From Macrostomum hystrix (Eukaryota; Animalia; Platyhelminthes), in NCBI GenBank assembly GCA_950097015.1, contig CATNEN010000034.1, positions 248,001-312,000 on the forward strand: a DNA stretch of 64,000 bases, read 5' to 3'. Below the pieces are notes generated by a model. That model ran no database searches and had not been told where the DNA came from. It was given only the letters and a program-made list of their open reading frames with translations. Within the stretch, counting starts at the first letter, position 1. Each line of letters begins with the position of its first letter. Of this stretch, positions 60,826 to 64,000 are shown in pieces. The position numbers and the translations under genes are program-made.

Positions 60826-61161
60826 GGATTACAAGCAACATTCGAAGCGCAGCAATTGAAGCACTAAACGAAAAGCAAACGAACTTCCCCACTTTTTTTA
60901 ATGATTTTTCTAAAATTTTTTTCAACATCTGATAGCGGTTTAACATTTTATTTGAAAATATATATGTATCCGTTTTGCAGCAAAGGCAAATACACAGAGA
61001 TACTCCTGAAGAGTGGATCAGGTTAACATTTTCCTTATTGATTGCAACGCAAACACAACGTCAGCAAGATTCCTGAAGGTAAAAATGTAGCTCCTAAGAG
61101 AGAAAATGTTTTCTCTGCTCGTCTGCGCTAAACGTTAAGAATTCCAATCCACCAAATGCTC

Positions 61162-61168
61162 TATATAA
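61162..61168 (+). promoter_or_regulatory. Candidate TATA box of the secreted beta-trefoil-like gene
   Basis: TATATAA ~75 bp upstream of the ATG at 61240; an AATAAA follows the stop at 61827-61832. Confidence 0.55.
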
Positions 61169-61239
61169 GCGACTGGGAAATTCAAATCAAGCTTTAATTT
61201 CTCGGTTCGTTTATTGAAACTGCCAGAAATATAATTGGA

Positions 61240-61809
61240 ATGCCCAATCAAAGTAGTTCTGTCCTACTGACGCTGGTCCTGCTGGCAGTCTGTCTAGCTC
61301 TGCCTCTTGTAGCCTCGCGACGCGTTGTCAGCCAAAGCTCGCGGGTTTGGCTGAAGAATGTGCGAACTGGGAAGCACATTTGCGTGACTATTGATATACA
61401 CAAGTTGCCGGCGATACACTTAGATAAATATTGGGCAAGAGAAAAACCAAGGAAATTTTTGGACGTCTCAACCACAAAGTCAGCCTCATTCCTATTCGAA
61501 GACGCCTGGCATGGTTATAAGAAGATTCACATCGGTTATTCTCGTCGTGATAAGGAGATCTACGCACAATGCGGCAACGAGGACACAATCTACCTTAGAG
61601 AAGGAGACAATGATCGTGGTCAGATGTGGTTCATTGTGAATCAGAACAATTCTACGCAAATCAAAGATGGCGACATTGTGACCATCAGGAACATGTTCTG
61701 GACCAACGCCTACATGGTTGATATATCGCCGGAAAAAACATCTCATAGCAGTATTGCTTGCAAGAACTTTGTTGCAGATAAATGGAAGGTCAAAATGATC
61801 AAATATTAA
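61240..61809 (+). CDS. Intronless secreted 189-aa protein, probable beta-trefoil fold (MIR/ricin-B/fascin-like)
   Basis: Signal peptide LLTLVLLAVCLALPLVAS. Repeated strand motifs VWLKNVRTGKHI, GQMWFI and IKDGDIVTIRNMFWTNAYM...DKWKV. Non-repetitive ORF with flanking TATA and polyA signals. Confidence 0.75.
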   Translation: MPNQSSSVLLTLVLLAVCLALPLVASRRVVSQSSRVWLKNVRTGKHICVTIDIHKLPAIHLDKYWAREKPRKFLDVSTTKSASFLFEDAWHGYKKIHIGYSRRDKEIYAQCGNEDTIYLREGDNDRGQMWFIVNQNNSTQIKDGDIVTIRNMFWTNAYMVDISPEKTSHSSIACKNFVADKWKVKMIKY

Positions 61810-62550
61810 GACCCGGAACACTTTGAAATAAACTGCTCTAGTCAGTTGTTCGAATCGTGGTGCAAAATCTTTATTTTAGCTGAAATCTCATTTTATTTTC
61901 TTCACATGACTGATGTGGAGTGTGCTGCGGAATCGAGTGGGGTTGTGAGCCAGCCAAATTTTTCCATTTTTTTTAGCAAGTTAATAATCGCGACCCACAT
62001 AGCAGCTGGCCGCAGAACACCATCATTAATCTTAGGGCCAGACATTGGGCGGAGGTGAATTAAGTAGCCGCCGATTCCCTTTGTCTCGGATCTGTCTAGT
62101 CCCCTGTAGGAGTGACTGATCGCGGCCATAGAAATACTGTATGGACTAGTTTAGGTCATAATTCCCCTCCAAACCGCGATCAGATTGTCGGGAGCACTCA
62201 TGCGTTTAGAGTGAGCTTTAATTCTTCATGTCCCTCTTCTTTACTGTGACCCGAGCCGGGGCTCGATTATGACCTTTCCCCCTTTAGATACATGTACCGA
62301 CACTATAGGCAGGTCGGCGCCTGCGCTTCCCATATCCCGGCGGGATCACAATCATTGGCCGACTGCCGGCAGACGCTCCTAGTGGGGCATCTGGCGATTC
62401 TCGCCGCCGCTTCAGTGGGCAATTGGGGTGGCATTATGCCGACCCGATTCCTCGCTGACAGGCCGGCGAGCATGTGGGTTATTTTGATGAATGCGAGGTT
62501 GGCGGAGCTGCAGGACTATTTAAGAGAGCGCGCTGCGCTGCCCCTAGAAT

Positions 62551-62700
62551 AACCTTCCCAGGACACCTTTAACCTTCCCAGGACACCTTTAACCTTCCCA
62601 GGACACCTTTAACCTTCCCAGGACACCTTTAACCTTCCCAGGACACCTTTAACCTTCCCAGGACACCTTTAACCTTCCCAGGACACCTTTAACCTTCCCT
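62551..62700. repeat. 20-bp perfect repeat (AACCTTCCCAGGACACCTTT) x7.5
   Basis: Directly visible. Confidence 0.97.
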
Positions 62701-64000
62701 CCACCCTGGACGGAAACCTACCCCCCTTCCTGTCTGGTCCCGGAACACGGTCCGTGGACTCTCCCCCTTCTAGGCTAGCACCTAGTCCCTGAGCCTAAGG
62801 CTCCAGAGCATAGCAGCAGGCAACTACCTGCTAGTGCCCTTAAGCGCAAGCCACCTCCTTAGGTGCGCTCCAAATTGAGCCTTGAGCTCCCTGCAGTCTG
62901 GCCCCTTGCCAACTGTACTCAGCAATCCCTCACCTTTTCTCCTGTTCATTTGCATTCCCCCGCGAGATCGACGGCCTGCAGCCTGTCAGCCAGCGTAGTC
63001 AGATAAGTAACCCGCGCAGCGGACTTTTATTGCTATCCCTAAGGGATTTACTATTTAGCTAGTGGGTAAAAGGGCAAGGGCAGGGATTTGATTTAGCCTA
63101 ATAAAACTATTAAATCACAGCTTATCTAATTTATTGGGCAATTTAATAACAACTTAAATCCTTTTTACTATGCATTCCACTTTCTCTTATTTTATCGTTA
63201 GACAGCCTCGATCATGAGTGGCTAACTTATTAGGGGGATGGGCTCTGGTGATGCCTAGCTGAAAGCTGCGGCAGGAGGATAACTGTGAGCGCGCATGAAA
63301 GTAATAAGGAGCTAGGGATTTGCGAGTAATATGCGGAGCGTAGCATGTGTTTCTCTGCTAGGGGTGGGGGAATTCCTTGGCGGGTTTTTCCTCTCTTTCT
63401 GGCAGATCAAGGAGTGCGTGTCAACCTCCCTTGTCAATTAGTGTTTCCCTTCTGTTCCCCGCCTCTCGCTGCCGCCGCCATGGGAGCGAGGGGTGTGATC
63501 TAATAATCACCGCTTGCATAATCACTCAGCCAGTGTTCTGCTCAATCTCTCCTGCCTCTGATTTCCTCATCTCACACAGATTCGGATTTGCTAGTTATTT
63601 AATGTGTAGGCTGCAATCTAATGTAAGGAATGTGTCTAATGTCTCATGAGTAGGATTCTGGCTATGGATTTCTCATTCGGGTTCGGAGTACCACCTTTCT
63701 AGACCACTGTAGCGCAGTTTCAGGAATCCCCTTGTGAGGCGTGACTCGATCCATTCTGGGGTTCTCACCCTAGTCTAAAACGGAAGTTACAGAATGCTCT
63801 ATTTTTCGGCTTGTCTAAGATCTGTGTGACAAACTGGGAGCTGCGAGCTCCGGGGACCCAAGTTCCCAAATGTCTGCGGTGGCGACGCAGGCGCATTGGG
63901 TGGTGGCGCTACCTTCGATCATTATCCGCTTTGCCGATAGCCTTTCCGCATTTCTAAGACAAGGGCCTAGGCCGAGTCGACCACTGCTACCAAAGTTAGG

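Noticed and set aside
63550-63960. Possible degenerate LINE RT C-terminus on the minus strand
   Set aside because: Only a vague resemblance (ETL..F...C) with stops; insufficient support.

Overview
Eukaryotic, intron-rich animal genomic DNA with GC-rich coding exons in a dense landscape of unrelated minisatellites. It is probably a free-living flatworm such as Macrostomum; this is an inference from style only. Genes I can reconstruct with consistent splice phases: the last exon of an otopetrin (+), a 3-exon DEG/ENaC channel with non-canonical gate and filter motifs (-), two tandem 7-exon non-alpha (beta1-like) nicotinic acetylcholine receptor subunits (+), two copies of a small single-pass Cys-rich receptor resembling the BCMA/TACI class of TNF receptors (-), and an intronless secreted beta-trefoil-like protein (+). 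Mobile elements: a tRNA-derived SINE family (4 copies, one with a 13-bp TSD), a CORE-like SINE, a 5'-truncated RTE LINE with a 12-bp TSD, a BEL/Pao relic and a Crypton-type tyrosine recombinase relic. Most long ORFs in the supplied track are artefacts of tandem repeats. The best leads are (1) an apparent gene-conversion tract homogenising the loop C-M1-M2 pore region of two otherwise diverged nAChR paralogs, (2) a pair of TNFR-like receptors with near-identical ectodomains but different tails, one fused in frame to a Crypton remnant, (3) the atypical DEG/ENaC, and (4) minisatellites that repeatedly begin or end at splice sites. All homology calls come from motif recognition by eye; no database search was run.
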